A DNA stretch of 64,000 nt from Chrysomallon squamiferum (lineage: Eukaryota > Animalia > Mollusca), in contig CM022667.1 of assembly GCA_012295275.1 (NCBI GenBank), positions 3,596,001 to 3,660,000 of the forward strand, read 5' to 3'. Positions 26,369-41,531 of the stretch are shown here, one piece after another (position 1 is the first letter of the stretch; each line of letters opens with the position of its first letter). Position numbers and translations under genes: made by a program. Under the pieces are notes generated by a model that did not search any database, was not told where the DNA came from, and saw nothing but the letters and a program-made list of their open reading frames with translations.

Positions 26369-28453
26369 CTGCTGTGAAAATACAAACATTTCCAGTACAC
26401 TTAGACTATGAAACAGGTCCATAAAATATCTCTGTATCTATGCCTATGAAATTCATTATTATAGGCAGGTGCATAAAAATATATCTCATTCACCAGGCCT
26501 ATGAAATTCATTACAAGGGCATTTGGAAATTCTCAGTCATAAGATCTAAGTACAGAGGCCTGTAATATCTAAGTAAGTAATTCTGTAATGTAGACCTACA
26601 AAATCTCAATAGTTAGACCTATAAATCTGAGTACACAGGCCTTATTTTTTATTTTATATATATAATCTCATTATACAGGCCTGTAATAATGTCTGTGAAC
26701 AGGCTTTATTAGAGTCAGTGGTTATAGTTAGCATGCTGATGTTTGGAGTGGTCAAACAGTTGTGGATTGAAAATACCTATGACGAATAATAACAAGATTA
26801 ATTACTGTGACAGCTGCACAGAGCTGAATTTTGTTGTTTTTGTTTAAATTGTTAATTAATTACAATACGGATTTTATCAGTCACAAATCACAGAGCTAGA
26901 ATGAGAGGGCAATAATCTGTTCAGGTTTTTTTCGGTGTTTTTTTTTTTTCTATTATTGCTAGTAGTTGTATATCCACAGTAATTTGTTCTTACTGGGTTG
27001 CAGTCTGTTTTTAATTTTTTATTGCCTTTGGTACTCTACTTGTAGTCATAGTTGTTGTAGTAGTAGTAGTAGTGGTGGTGGTGGTGGTGGTTGCAGTAAT
27101 TGCAGTTATATGGTAACAAGTAAGTCCAGAAGTTGTATTGTGGTGGTGGTTGTAGTAGTAGTATTAATTAATGATAGTAGAAATAGCATACAAACACATT
27201 CTCACACATACATATGTATGCATGTACATGTATATATTTATATATATAATGGAAGACAGAGTAATTATATTTATTTTATTTTTTTAACTTTCACCTTGTG
27301 ATTTTATGCATTATGTAATATAAGTCGACTAAGAAGAACTATTACATAATTATAAATTCCTGTTTGATCAGTTTTAAAATTTATGCTTGCAGTTTACTCT
27401 AAATAAATGCTGGTCACATGATAATAAAAACTAATAAAACTTTGCCAGTGTGATTTATAACAAAGAAAAGAAACAAAAACAGTTTTTTTTTTCTCTCTCC
27501 TTATTTGTATTTAAGTATCATTTAAAAAAGAGAAAAACAGAAGGAAAAAAATAAAAATTAAATAATAGACTGTTTTTAATCACTTTCTTACTGGATAGCA
27601 GTGAACTTTAATTTTTTATTTAAAAAGTTACAGATGAAAAAGTTTATAGAGGTAAAAAAAAAAAAAAAAAAAAAAATGCTAACATCCTTAAACATATAAT
27701 AAATGCGAGCATTTTAATAGGACTTCAGTTTGAAACTGTAGTGAGATGAGATTTGGGTGTGTCTCACACACCCTAATGAAAAGAGGGTGATTTTATAAAT
27801 GGTTTTTTAATAAAATCATCATGATAAAAAATTTTAAATATTTATTTCTGAGTTTAATGATCTATGCAGATTTATCTTAAGTCCAAAAAAAAAAAAAAAA
27901 AAATGGAGTTGGATGTATGTTTATATATATAACTGCAAGAAAAATAACAAGATTGTTAAAATTTTCCGTATTTGATAATTTAAAAAACATTTATGCCAAA
28001 GAAAAAGGGTTGGGCTTAATTTAGTGTGTAAAAATATTACAGAAATGTAATAAGAATATTTAAAAAAAAAATAAAAAATTTTAAATTTGAATTTGAAGAT
28101 CTAACTTAAACCAAAGAAAAGGAGTTGAACATTCATTCTTGTTGTTTACATAAGAGAAATATAATAACAGGATTTTAGAAAATGCTCTCACAGTGAAAAT
28201 TGGTACAGATGCAGATCTCATTGTTATTTCTCTGAATCACTGGTCTACAATTTCCTCGAGAGTTACTGGCAAGAAACAGCTTTAAATTTGAAACAATATT
28301 TGTTGATGGGAAACACGTGTTTGTAGGGGTATTAATTTCGGACATGGAGATATTTCATCCATTGTTCATTATTTAAAAGAATTAATTTGGCCTTGACCTT
28401 TCTGTGGGCTTGAGAATGCCAGCAGACATTTTGCAAGCAAATGAATGAAACAT

Positions 28454-28487
<34 letters not shown>

Positions 28488-29729
28488 GTAATGAAACCAA
28501 CACGACAAAAGATTCAGTGAGGAACATTTTGCTGAGAGAGAGAACATTTTTTTTTTTTTATTTTTTTTAAATTACTAATTTTTGTGTTAAATATAAAAGA
28601 ATGAATTTAGGACTGATTAAAAAAAAAAAAAAAAAAGTAGTTAAATAAATTTCTTGTATGGAAAGATATATATCAATTTGACTGGTTGTGTTTAAGTGAT
28701 ATGATTTTTGGTCTTTGTTCTTTGTTGTTTGAACATTTCTTGTTTTCTTGAAGTAAGTGTGTATGTGTGTGCATCAGTGAGAGGCCATGTATGTGTGTGT
28801 GTGTGTGTAAGAGTGTGTTTGTGTACACATGTGTGTGTGTGATTTGTTTGTCAATGTGTGTATATCAATCTGAATTTTTTATTTAAGTTATTTTATTGGG
28901 TTTTTTTTATTATTTATTCATTCATATATTGTTATAATTTTAATGCTACATTTATTTTAATATTTTATTATATATATATATATATTTTGTTGTTGTTCAT
29001 TTATTCATTTATTTATAAAGACTTTTTTCCTTTTTTTTTGGTATCTTTGCAAGTGTATTTTCAGAACGTTATCCCTTATCAGTTCTTTATTCTTTTTTCT
29101 TTTCATTTCTTTTCCTTTTTTAATCACAACATAATAATCACAATTACAGTTTTTATTAATTATTTTATAATTAATCAATAATTCTTAGATAACTGTTGAG
29201 ATACTGGTTTATTCCTCGGCCAAAGCATCCAGTTCTGCCCTGATTGTATTTGATAAAATTAATTGCTTGTTTTAATTAGTGACATTTTATTCAATAACTC
29301 AGCCCTTAAGTAATGAAAATGATTGAATATAATTCTTAATTAATAACTCGAAAGAAAAGTCGATAACAAAAGGCCGAAGAAGAAATAGTTGTAATAACAC
29401 AGATACGCATTTCATGGTGTGTTTATCAAAATTACACATTAATATTAATAATTTTTTTTTTAATATTTATAATATATATAATAAAAGATATCCCATGTGA
29501 TGTTTGCATCAGATTTCTTTTCTGTATATTATGCAAGAAATGAATATTCTATATATAGTAACTGCTACTGTTTAGAATGAAAATAAATTACCATTCCTCC
29601 ATGTAGGCTTGCTAAAAGAACATTTGCTGCTAATCAAAGAGTAACCCATGTAAAAGTCCAGCAGAATATTTCTTTTGTCATGTTAACAATATTTGACACT
29701 TAACATAACAATGTTATTTTAGAATGTAT

Positions 29730-29960
29730 TTTTGTATTGGTATATACCGATTTATATTTTATATTGGTATATACCGACATGTAATTTGCAATTGATACAT
29801 ACTGTCATGTATTTTGTACTGGTATATACTGACTGTCATGTAGTTTATTTTGTTACGGTACATACTGTCATGTATTTTAGTTTGGTACATACTGTCTTCC
29901 ATTTTGATTTGGTACATACTGTCATATATTTTAATTTGGTATATACCGCCTTGTACTTTG
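29730..29960. repeat. Degenerate ~27 bp tandem repeat (TGGTACATACTGTCATGTATTTT)
   Basis: The core repeats visibly, and the translation shows repeated VHTVMYF. Confidence 0.8.
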
Positions 29961-30274
29961 TTATGGTGGTGTTGTTTTTTTGTGTGTGTTTTGTGTGGCT
30001 GTGTGTCTGTGTGTGGTTTTTTCAAATGAGGAACTTGAGAAATCATTTTGCTAAGACAACTCCACATTGTTCAGTTGAGTGGTTATTACATGTCTGCTCC
30101 TACTAAACTTACTAAAACTCAATGTGTGACATTTTGCAGATGAAAATCTTTTAACACTTGAGCTGGGGGTTTTTTTTTCTCTCTCTCTCTTTTCTTACAT
30201 CTTTGTTTATTTTATTTTATTCTATTTATTTTGGATAATTAAGGAGAAAGTTTAGGAATGGGGTTTTATATGTT

Positions 30275-30523
30275 GTCATTGTTATTGTTATTATTATTAT
30301 TATTACTGTTATTATTGTTTTTATTATTACTATTATGTTGTTATTATTATTATTACTATTGCTGTTATTATTATCATTATTATTATCATTATAATTATTA
30401 TTATTATTATTACTATTATTATCATTATTATATTAACATTATTTTATTAGTAGTAGTAGTATTATTATTATCATTATTATTATTATCATCATTATTATTA
30501 TATTATCATTATTATTATTATCA

Positions 30524-30554
<31 letters not shown>

Positions 30555-30595
30555 TATTATATTATCATTATTACATTATTATTATTATTGATAAT
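30275..30595. repeat. (TAT)n/(CAT)n low-complexity tract
   Basis: Seen directly in the sequence. Confidence 0.9.
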
Positions 30596-31279
30596 CATGG
30601 TAATTAGTAATAACAGAAAGATATTATTTTTATCTCTTTTTATTTTCTTAATACTATGTTGTTGTTTTTTTGTTTGTACTTTATTCATTTCATAATTCTT
30701 TCTCTTCAGCTACTGTCACATCTGTTAATTTTCATTTTTGAACTAATTTCCACATCTGTGTCTTCAGTGTTTCCAATTGCATTTTCAAACCCTTCTATGT
30801 ATACACGCACTGTAAGAAATTCTGTAATGGCCTTTAAGTACACCCTATCAATGTAATCATTTCGGACAAAATTAGATTTCTCAAGAGCCAAGATAAATAT
30901 TAGGAATATAAATTCCTTCTCAAACATGCACTGGTGTTCTTAAGGACAGAACTTGAAATGGTGATCATTCAAATGGTGAAATGGTTAAAAACAGAATGAT
31001 TAATATGATGATGAGGAGGATGATGATAAAATAAGTCAAAAATGATGATAACGTCGATGATGAAACTCTGACGATATTACAGTAAATGATGAAATGGAAG
31101 TAAAATTATTCATTATGAAATGAAGTCAAGACATAATGGTCATTCAGATGATGACTTTTTAGATGATGAAGTTAAATTATAATAGTGAATATAAAATAAA
31201 ATAATACGAAATGATTAAATTAATTAATTGACACCATTTTTATATAATTTAATATTTTTGGTGGGATTTTTAAAAATAA

Positions 31280-31318
<39 letters not shown>

Positions 31319-31479
31319 TCCTCACCATTTGAAATAAAATTATTTATATCCTTCAATCAATCTACAAGCATTTCCATTCTTCTACTGACCCAAATAATTA
31401 AGAAAATCTCAATATATATATATATATTTTTTTTTTTCAAATTTATAAAACTATAAAATTACAGCAATGAAACAAACTG

Positions 31480-31481
<2 letters not shown>

Positions 31482-31559
<78 letters not shown>

Positions 31560-31586
31560 TTTTTTTTTTTTTTTTTTTTTTTTTTC
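31482..31586. repeat. (CT)n microsatellite followed by poly-T
   Basis: Seen directly in the sequence. Confidence 0.95.
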
Positions 31587-32875
31587 TTTGTTTCTGCTTC
31601 TGTTGAAAGGCAGCCACCAAACTGTTTAATTTTCTTTCTTACACACCTTTTATCTCGCTTTGGAATCCAACTTCAACTTGTTGCTTCACACCGTTAGAGA
31701 TTTCCTGCCTTCGGGCTCACCATTTCTGATGGGTGTGTGAGTCCTAGACTGTCTTCTGTCCCAGTTATATTTTTAATTTTTTTTTAATAGTGGAAGATGG
31801 TTAAAAAAAACACCACAACAACATATAATTAGAATTAACTTCGGAAAATGGTTAATGGGGGACAAATGTAAAATAGGAAAGTCATTGTGGTTTGAGATAA
31901 TCTTAAAGGTAATATGCATGGATTGTATTTTTTTTTTTTGTTATTCAAGAGCAAAGGTTGTTTGGAAGGTTTTGTTATCCAGCACATGTTGTAGCATTCA
32001 GGAATCTGTTTATGACATATTTGGGTTGTCTTCAGTTCGTATAAGAATATGAATATAAGAGTTATTTTATTATTTTATGAACTGGTTTAAGATAAAAAAG
32101 AGAGGGCTCACCAAAAGAGAGCATATCAGTAGCTGGAATCATGTAAAGGAATTTGTGTATTTTTAAAAGATAAAATTAGTTGTCAGAATTCACACATATA
32201 TACATACAAACATACATATGCATGCATGTACACACACACACACACACACATACATACATACATACATACATAAATACACACCTATATACATACATACACA
32301 CAAACACACAAACTTACACATGTACATATTATAGAGATATACATATAAAGGTGGACAGATACACAGTTACACATACAGACAAACAAACATATATCTAAAA
32401 TATTTATTAATAAAGAAATATATCAAATCAGTTTTTTTTATATATAAACAAACACATCACAAGACAGACAGATAGACAGCCATACATATGAAATATTTCT
32501 TCTTTTCTTTTTTTTTAAAAACATTCATCAAAATACAGATAGCCAAACACACCCTAACACATTTATTACAATCAATGTTTTTCTTCTTTTATTTATCTGC
32601 TGAACGAAAAAATGACAGCCAATTTGTTGGGATCATTATTACTGTGAGTGTGACTGACTTCTGAGATATTTTCTTTGTCCACTGGATTGATTCTGGCCCT
32701 CAGGCCAGTTGACCCCGGGTCAGAATGCACAGAGTGGACTGTGTGTAGTTGTGTACAAAGTTATTTGTGGTGAACACCGATACATGAAGTTACTTGTTAA
32801 TCTCCATAAAAATACATTTGTTTGTGCTTGTCACTGTCCTGTGTTTTTGTGTGTGTGTGTATGTGTGTTCGTGCG

Positions 32876-32916
<41 letters not shown>

Positions 32917-33347
32917 GAGAAGTCTGTGTATATGTGCACATGCATGGGGTCTGCATATATATTGTTGTTGATTTTTTTTGTGTGTGTTTTGATATGTGCA
33001 TAAGAGCCATTTTTTTTCATTTTATAAATATATATATATAAAATCTTTACAGTTTATTTCTATTATTATAAATTTACTATTTTTTTTATCATAACAATAG
33101 TTTTCATTATTAATATTCATTATTTATTTAAATTATTTTTTTTTTTTGGTTCATAATTTATTCATGGTAATGTAATATTTGTATACTTTCCACTCGCAGA
33201 TAATGAGCAGATGTTTGAATAGAGCAGTGATTTTTTTTAATTTATTTTTATTATTTCTTTTTATTTCTAATTATTTATTCAAAACTGCAGCAGAGTTTTC
33301 AAATATGTAAATATCACTTTCGTAATCACAGGACATTCAGCAGCCAT

Positions 33348-33382
<35 letters not shown>

Positions 33383-33536
33383 ATAATAATAATAATAATA
33401 AATGGACGTTTTAAAATACCTCCACTAGATTTTTAATTCACTGAACATTACAGGCGAACGTCTGCATGTTCTAATGTTCTTTTTAATAGAACTTGTATTT
33501 TGCAAAAGTATTTATACAGCCTGATTTTTAGTTTAA

Positions 33537-33573
<37 letters not shown>

Positions 33574-33816
33574 TATTAAAAAGAAAATTTCCAATATGGC
33601 CGCCATTGAGGTGATCTGTGTGGGTCAGACGGCAAACAAATGAAAGCTGATAAACAGAACTGAAAGCATCTCATTAAAATATGCTCCTTTGCCTCATCAT
33701 AAAATTCCGCACCTCACTTCATAATGGCCGTCACGCTTCACCGGAAGAACATCAAAGCGAAGCCACACTTGGAAATAAAAAAGAATAAATGTAATAAATG
33801 TTTGCATGCTTGGCTG

Positions 33817-33847
<31 letters not shown>

Positions 33848-34033
33848 CATCGAGCGTTTAACTGAGGGGAGAAACAGAGGGAAGTTTTTTTATTTTTTAT
33901 TTTTATTTTATGTTTTTTTTTTGGTGAAATGATGAGGTACGTCATAGTTCTCTCTCGCTTTGCAGAATTAATAGGTTAATTTTTTCCTCCCCTGAATCTC
34001 CAAATTTTTTTATATTTTTTATTTTTATTTTTA

Positions 34034-34064
<31 letters not shown>

Positions 34065-34988
34065 ATTTTTTTTTTTTTTTTTTTTGTTAGAAGTCAAATT
34101 GAGGTTATCTTTAAAATACATGAAACTAAGACTTTGTTATTATTGTCAGGAGGCTTTGAGAGACGGAGGGGGGGGGTGTGGGGAAATTAAAAATAATCTC
34201 TTTCTCTGTGGGCTTTCTTCACACAGTCGTGTTTTTTGATAAGCACATTCCTTCGCTGATAGTTTCATATTTTTAATGTGCTGATTACTCATAACACTTT
34301 GTTAAGTGTTGCTTTCTTTGCTTCAGTAGTTTATTCATCGCTAATGGGTTCACTTGCTTGTTGTTTGTGTGTGTGTGAGTGTGTGTATATAAAAATAAAT
34401 GGACGAAAATGAATTCAGAAACGTTTTGATATACATCTAGGTAAATTTTACACCTGTATAGAAATTAGCCCCCCCTCCCCTCCCGACCCAAATAGAAGTT
34501 GTAAAATAAGCACATTAGAAGAGATATAATTATCGGTTTTTAAGAAATTCATGCAAAATTGTTCGAGTATATGATATATGTATATATATACATATATCCA
34601 GGTAGAGTCTACATCTGTAGAAATTAACTCAAAAAGTTGTAACATTAAAAAAAAAAAAAGAAGACAAAGTTAAAAGTTTATTGATTAAAAACTGATTGAA
34701 AATGTTTTAGGAAAACTTGTCAGTTTTTACAAGTTGTGGATAGCAAAAATGTTGTAATTTGTTTAATTTAATTTTTTGAGTAAAAAGGAAAAGAAAAGAA
34801 AAAACAAACAAACAAACAAACAAACAACAAAAACATATCTATTCTAACAACTTTGAACTTACACAAATACATAACCATGTCTACTTAAAAAACAAATAAT
34901 TACAAAAAACACCCTCTGCATTGTTACATTTGTTTAAATGACAATAGATATAATTTAAAAGCATAAATTACTGAAAATGTATTAAGAA

Positions 34989-35025
<37 letters not shown>

Positions 35026-35226
35026 GGTATGTTTCTATTTGTAATCAAGGTTTTTATTGCACTTCTACAGAAAACAATAAATATTGAGACTACAGTCAAT
35101 TCTTTTGAACAAATGATAAAATTAAAAAACAGAAAAATACATAAACGGAAAATATATAATTTAAACATATATGTTTGTGAAATAAAATAAAAAAATTAAG
35201 TGAAAAAAAACAACCCATGTGCACAT

Positions 35227-35227
<1 letters not shown>

Positions 35228-35300
<73 letters not shown>
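35228..35300. repeat. (CA)n microsatellite
   Basis: Seen directly in the sequence. Confidence 0.95.
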
Positions 35301-35302
<2 letters not shown>

Positions 35303-37082
35303 GTACCTCATTATGCAACAATAAATGTTTAACATTTTCTAATTTGATTTTAAGTAAAATGATAACTCGTTTAAAAAAGGAATTAAAAAAAACAGAACAG
35401 GAGTGAAAACATGTATCTCGCACATAAAATTTGACATGGTAGGAAATTAAATACAGCTGCTTTGCGTTTTTACCTCAATTCTTAGAAGAAAAAAAAAACT
35501 TTTGATCAGTTTTCTAAAAAAAAAAAATCCTATAAACAATAAACCTGCCTTCCTCTGCAGTAGTTTATTTATAGAACATTTATTATTATTTCTAAGCTAA
35601 TGATAGTAGTAGCAGTAGTAGTAGTAGTAGTAGTAATAGTCATAAAGGTTGAGGTAGAATGATAGTAATAACAGTAGTAGTAGAGCAGTAGTAGTAATCA
35701 TAATGGTAGTGGTAGAAATAGTAAGAACAGCAGTAGTAGTAGTTGTTGTTGTAGCAGTAGTAGTAACAATAGTAGTGATAGTTGTGGTAGTAATTGTAAC
35801 AGTAGCTGTAATAAAAATAATATTAGTAATAGTCAAAGTTAAAAGTAAAATAATAGCAGTAAATTAAAAAATTATGAAAAACAACAACAATAATAATAAC
35901 AGTAACAATAATATGAATATGAATATGAAATATGAATAAAAATAATTTTTAATAAATAAATCTAAATAAACAAATAAAAATAGTTAATAACATCAAGAGT
36001 TAATTGTGAGAAATTAAAGGTGGTTTTTAAAAAAAGAAATTAATAATTTCATTTACTTAACAATAGGACTGATTGCACACTGTATAAGGACACGTGTACT
36101 TGTATTCAGACTTCAGTGTTGTTTTCAGTGTTTGTATCAAATATTGAAGTTCTACATGTCATCAGCTCGTGGTGTGTGCTGTCCTGTTAACACACTAATT
36201 TGCACAAACCTGACACATGTAACAGTTTACTGAGATTTTGGGTCCACTATCAACAAGACAATTTTTTAAAATAAAAAAATTTAAATTTTTTGTGGCGGGT
36301 TTGTTTTTGCAGTATTTTATTTTTGTTAATTTATAAACTAAAAATAAAAGATAAAAAAAATAATGTAATCTTGATTTGGAATATATGTTTATTTATTTAT
36401 TTATTTGTAATAATTAGTATTACTGTTTAAAAAGTAAAGTAAATCATTTTTATTTTTTTATTTTTTTTTATTTTAGTTTTTACTTTTGTTTATTTTTTAT
36501 AGTTTATATTTTAGACACAAAAAATAATTAAGGATATTAGTGACAGCAAACATTTTTTTTAGAAATATTATTTACATTAAATTTGTTTTTATTTCATTCT
36601 TGTAATTTCTTTTTTATTATTATTATTTGAAAAACAAAATAATGTCCTTTTGAAATATTTAAATAATTTTTTTTTAAACTATGTTCATTTGTTTGTCTGT
36701 CTGTCTGTTTGTCATTTTCTCTGAGTCTTTTATCTCAGAGACCTAGTAACATAATTTACAAAAGTTTTATATTTAATTTAATAATAATATTCCTTTTTCT
36801 GCCCAGCTTCGATGGAAGTCTATTCTTGTGTTCTGTGATTAAGGTAAAACAGCTGGATTAAGTTAATTCATAATTAATCTGAAAGGTCACCTTAACCTAT
36901 TACATCCAACCTAATTATTAAGCCTTATTAAGAGCTCATTGATTTTAAGAAAATAATAATAATGTTTAATATTCTTTTTTAATTATTCGTATTGAGGATA
37001 TTTTGCCTGTTTTTCTTACTAATTTTTTGTTATTATTATTATTTTATTTAGTGTTTATGTTGTGTGTTAATATATATAATTA

Positions 37083-37128
<46 letters not shown>

Positions 37129-38250
37129 ATATTTTTTGTTTTATGGCTCTTTTTGTTAATATTATTTTCTGGAATTATCTGTTATATTTCTTCCACTTAA
37201 TTTGCTACCTGACTTTAAGTTTTAGAAAAGTTTTATATTTATTTATCCCCTTTTAAGTATAAAATAAATGCTGAGCAGTAATTTCAAAAATAAAAGTGCA
37301 AAGAGAGAGCTTGTTACAAAAAGTTTTGAGAAAAGCTCTTCCAAACACAACAAGGCTTGAAGAAATCCTCAAGAAAACAAAAAAGAAAACAAAGGTTTTG
37401 TAGATTTGATTTTTCTTAAAAAGGATAAATAAAAAAAATAAAAAATAAAAAAATAAAAAATAATAATAATAAAAATATATAAATAAATAAAAATAATAAT
37501 AATACAATAAAAAAAACAAAAAAAACTATAATTTAAAAAATAAATAATAATACTAAAATAAAATAAATTAATAAAATAAAATAATAAAATAAAAAAAAAA
37601 AATAAAATAGAATAAAATAATAAAGTAATAAAATAAAAAAAACACAAAAAACCACCAAAACAAACAATTTAAAAATTAATCCATCATGGGTTTGCCACGT
37701 ACACACAAAAACTGAGAAAAGTTGGAGTAAAATCGTGAGACAAAGACAAAAAAAGAAAAAAGTTTGTTTGAAGATCATTTCAGCTTATACCTCCTTCCCC
37801 TCCCCTTTCCCAAACACAAGTCCAACACCAATGAACAAAAAAAAACAAAAAATGTCTCCCCAAAACAATAAAGAAACTCAGTGTAAACAAAGATGGCTAT
37901 TCAAAAAAAGCCAAAAGAGAGTGATAAAATAAAATAAAAAAAAAAAGTAAAAAACTAAGAAGAAGAAATAAAAAGAAGAAAAGAAAAGAAATTTGGAAGA
38001 AGAAAGAAAAGAAACTTTATTTGAAAAGGCAGCCACTGAGCAGAAGAAAGGACAACTTTGTGTCAAATTTCTTAAATCAATTCTGCGGGGCGGTGAAAAG
38101 CTCATTATGGGTGCCTGATATGAGCTATTGAGAGAGGTCATCTTTTTCTTTTAACGCAGTGCCCTATCGCCCATAGCAACGAAGAGCTGCTTTGTTTAAC
38201 TTCATGTGGTGATATATTTAACTGAAAGGTTTCACTTCTCTTATTTTCTT

Positions 38251-38281
<31 letters not shown>

Positions 38282-39519
38282 TCTATTCATATTCTAATCT
38301 GGTGTCCCTCGTAGATAGCACATTTATGAGTTTATCTGTAGATGAATTGCTTACCTTTAGTGACTCATTGCTTTTGATTGGGGACTGGATTTTAGGCTGA
38401 CATAGACAATGACACCTTATGAATCTGTGGGAACAAATTACATTACTTTTTATCCGCGCTACTTGCAATAAATAGAATATTTTTGACAGTCTTTTTAAGA
38501 AACAACAGTGGTGAGGCTATAATTGAATTTACATAGCACACAGAAAGTGACCTGATCCAACAACTAACAATAAGCCATTTAGCGGGCAAAATAAGTCGAG
38601 TTTAAGGTGTGTCTTATCGAGGACTGTAAATTAAAATAAGTAAGCGGTATCAGTTTTGTAATGAGGGAATGCAGGATCACCACGTTAATGAAGACACCTC
38701 CATTGGTAAGCTTACTTACACCATCTACTACTACTACTACTACTACTACTACTGCTACGTACTAAAACCCAGTCTTCTGTTTTTCTTCTTCTTCTTCTTC
38801 GTTGTCTTCTTCTTCTCTTTCTCTGCTCACATTTGAGTGACAGTTTTGCTTCGGGTTTTCGGTTACCCTCCGTTAACACCAGTACGACATCTTGCGATAA
38901 GAGTTCGTAGGCTTGTGTGTTCGTTTGCGTGACAGGTTCGTCACACTTGTAGCAACAACCACGGCCACCACCACCACCACCACCTCCGCCGTAGTTGTTG
39001 TTGTTGTTGTCGTCGTCGTCATTGTTGTTGTTGTTGTGGTGGTTGTAGTGGTGGTTGCTGCTACCGTAGTAGTCATGGTTCTTCACTCGGGGGGATTTAA
39101 GTTGTGTTTGTGTCGGCTTTCCCCCCTCGGGGTGGAGGGAGGGTTTAAACGGGTGGTTTGGGGGGAGTAGAAATGAGAGGAGAAGGTTGTGCTGTTAATA
39201 AAGTGACTGGTTGAAGTAGCTGCAGGTCATTGTGTGTTTGATCTCGGCCAACTCGGTTTATCTTTAGCTGTAAGCTTACACAACTGCCCTGCTTCGTGGC
39301 TGCCATATTGTTGTTGTTATTATTGTTGTAAGACGGTTCCTTCTGCTGCTTGAATTAAAATAACAAGAGTCTTGATCCGTACTTTTTTTTTAATCTGTTT
39401 TGTTCCTTTTTCGTCTTAAATCAGTTTGTCTTAATCTGTGTTTTTTTTTTTTTTTTTGTTTTATTCCTTGATTCAAGATTCTTTTTAATAATAAAGAATA
39501 AACTGTAGTTCATTTTGTT

Positions 39520-39610
39520 CTTAATTCAGTTTTTATTTTTTATTAATTATTCAGTCATTTTATTATTATTGTTGTTTTTTGTTTTTTAATTCTTATTTTT
39601 TAATTAATTA

Positions 39611-39642
<32 letters not shown>

Positions 39643-39860
39643 TTTTTTTATTCTTATTTTTATTAATTATTCAGTCATTTTATTATTATTATTATTTTTT
39701 TAAATATCTTGTTTTTATTAATTATTCAGTCATTTTATTATTATTATTATTTTTTAAATTCTTGTTTTTATTAATTATTCAGTCATTTTATTATTATTAT
39801 TATTATTATTATTTTATTTTTATTTCTGTCTGTTTTATTACTCTTTATTCAGTGATTACT
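39520..39860. repeat. Compound repeat: TTATTAATTATTCAGTCATTTT units separated by (TAT)n tracts
   Basis: Four or five copies are visible. Confidence 0.75.
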
Positions 39861-40439
39861 TAATTCTTTATTTTCGTGTCTTTTTATTTATTTTTATTTT
39901 TGTTTTCTTTTTCTTTTTATTCGTTCTTTTATTCGGTGCTGTTTAGATAAAGTAAATTGTTGTTTTGTCGTACAAGATATGTGAGTAGATATATCTGTGA
40001 CCCACTGACTACGTGGTTCTGTGTAGGGATTAGAGACAGACCTGCTGTAAACGAATACCTGGTAGGTAAATAAAACACTTTATTGATGATATGGTATTGA
40101 TTAGTTTTTCCAGTTAAGCCAAGGTGTCGAAAGATGAGATCAGATGTAGGGATACAGCTGATGTTCAGTTTGTTTACTTTGTTTTTTTCTGTCACCTTTC
40201 TGCACCTCATTCTGTTTTTTTAACTTTGTAATCTTATTTATTTTTTTTTTTTTTTTTCATTTGTATATTTATTTGTTTGTTTTTTTAACTTCTTATAAAA
40301 GGTTAAGGGTTATAAATTCCAGGTACTATCATGTTTTTATACCCCATTTTTTTTTTTTAAAGATATCTTATTTATTTGTTGTTGTTTTTTGTTTGTTTTG
40401 TTATCTATTTGTATATAAAGATTATAATGTCTAGGGTCT

Positions 40440-40504
<65 letters not shown>

Positions 40505-40875
40505 TATTATTATTATTATTATTATTATTTTATTTTATTTATATATACACCTTTTTTTTTTTTTGTTCTTTTAAATCATTGTTGTTTGTTAATTTCTCCA
40601 CATATATGTTTATCTGACCATCTGTGACATTGATAAAACTTACTTCTGTACTTATCAAAGAAATCAGAATATAAATAACTCAGTTACTTTGTACAAAAAC
40701 CTCGTTATCAAGGTTATATTTATTTATTTTAAATTTTTAGAATTATAATGATTAATTAGAATTGTATACTATCTGAGAAATCTTCTTTTTCTTTTTTATC
40801 TTGTATTATAAAACATGCCTATGAGTTTCTAACAAAATTAAATATTTTTATATGTGTTCAGAATTATCTATGAAT

Positions 40876-40915
<40 letters not shown>

Positions 40916-40947
40916 ATGCATGAATTCATGTCTATTTATGTGCACAA

Positions 40948-40990
<43 letters not shown>

Positions 40991-41495
40991 TTATATATGT
41001 GTAAACATGAATGTATGTGTTTGAGAATGCATGTATGTGCATGTTTTCATTTCTGATCATATGTGGGGTGGGTTTTTTTTAATTTAATATCTGTTTATAT
41101 AAAACCTCATAGACTTGCATTTAACGCATGTGCATTCATGTAAATCTGAATTAATATTTGTGAGTGTTTACTATGTGTCTAATAAGAAGCAGCACACTAT
41201 GTTAATATTCATTACAAAAAAAAAAAAAAAATACACAAATGAGTGCATTCTGTTTACAAAGACGGAGTTTTCTCTAAATCGGAGTTACAAACAGATGGAG
41301 AAGTTTTTGCTGATCCACTGCTCAAATTTGTTCTACGCTTTTTCTCACCGAAAAGCCACGTGGATTTATAAAAAGATATGTAACATCGTTGATATTATTT
41401 CAAGGAAATCGGGATTAATACCAAGGAAAATAGGATAAGCTGAAAAATGTTTTACGCAAAGAATCATTTTTAAACACACACACACCAAGAAATAT

Positions 41496-41531
<36 letters not shown>

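Noticed and set aside
27755-27773. Short hairpins (GGGTGTGT-CTC-ACACACCC here, another near 8829-8856) as miRNA precursors
   Set aside because: The stems are far too short for a pre-miRNA and I recognise no known mature miRNA.
38712-39086. 124-aa - strand ORF with a CxxC motif and an Arg-rich stretch, as a stand-alone protein gene
   Set aside because: It is built mostly from trinucleotide microsatellites, has a non-ATG start and matches no family I recognise. It is kept only as part of the possible antisense-exon hypothesis.
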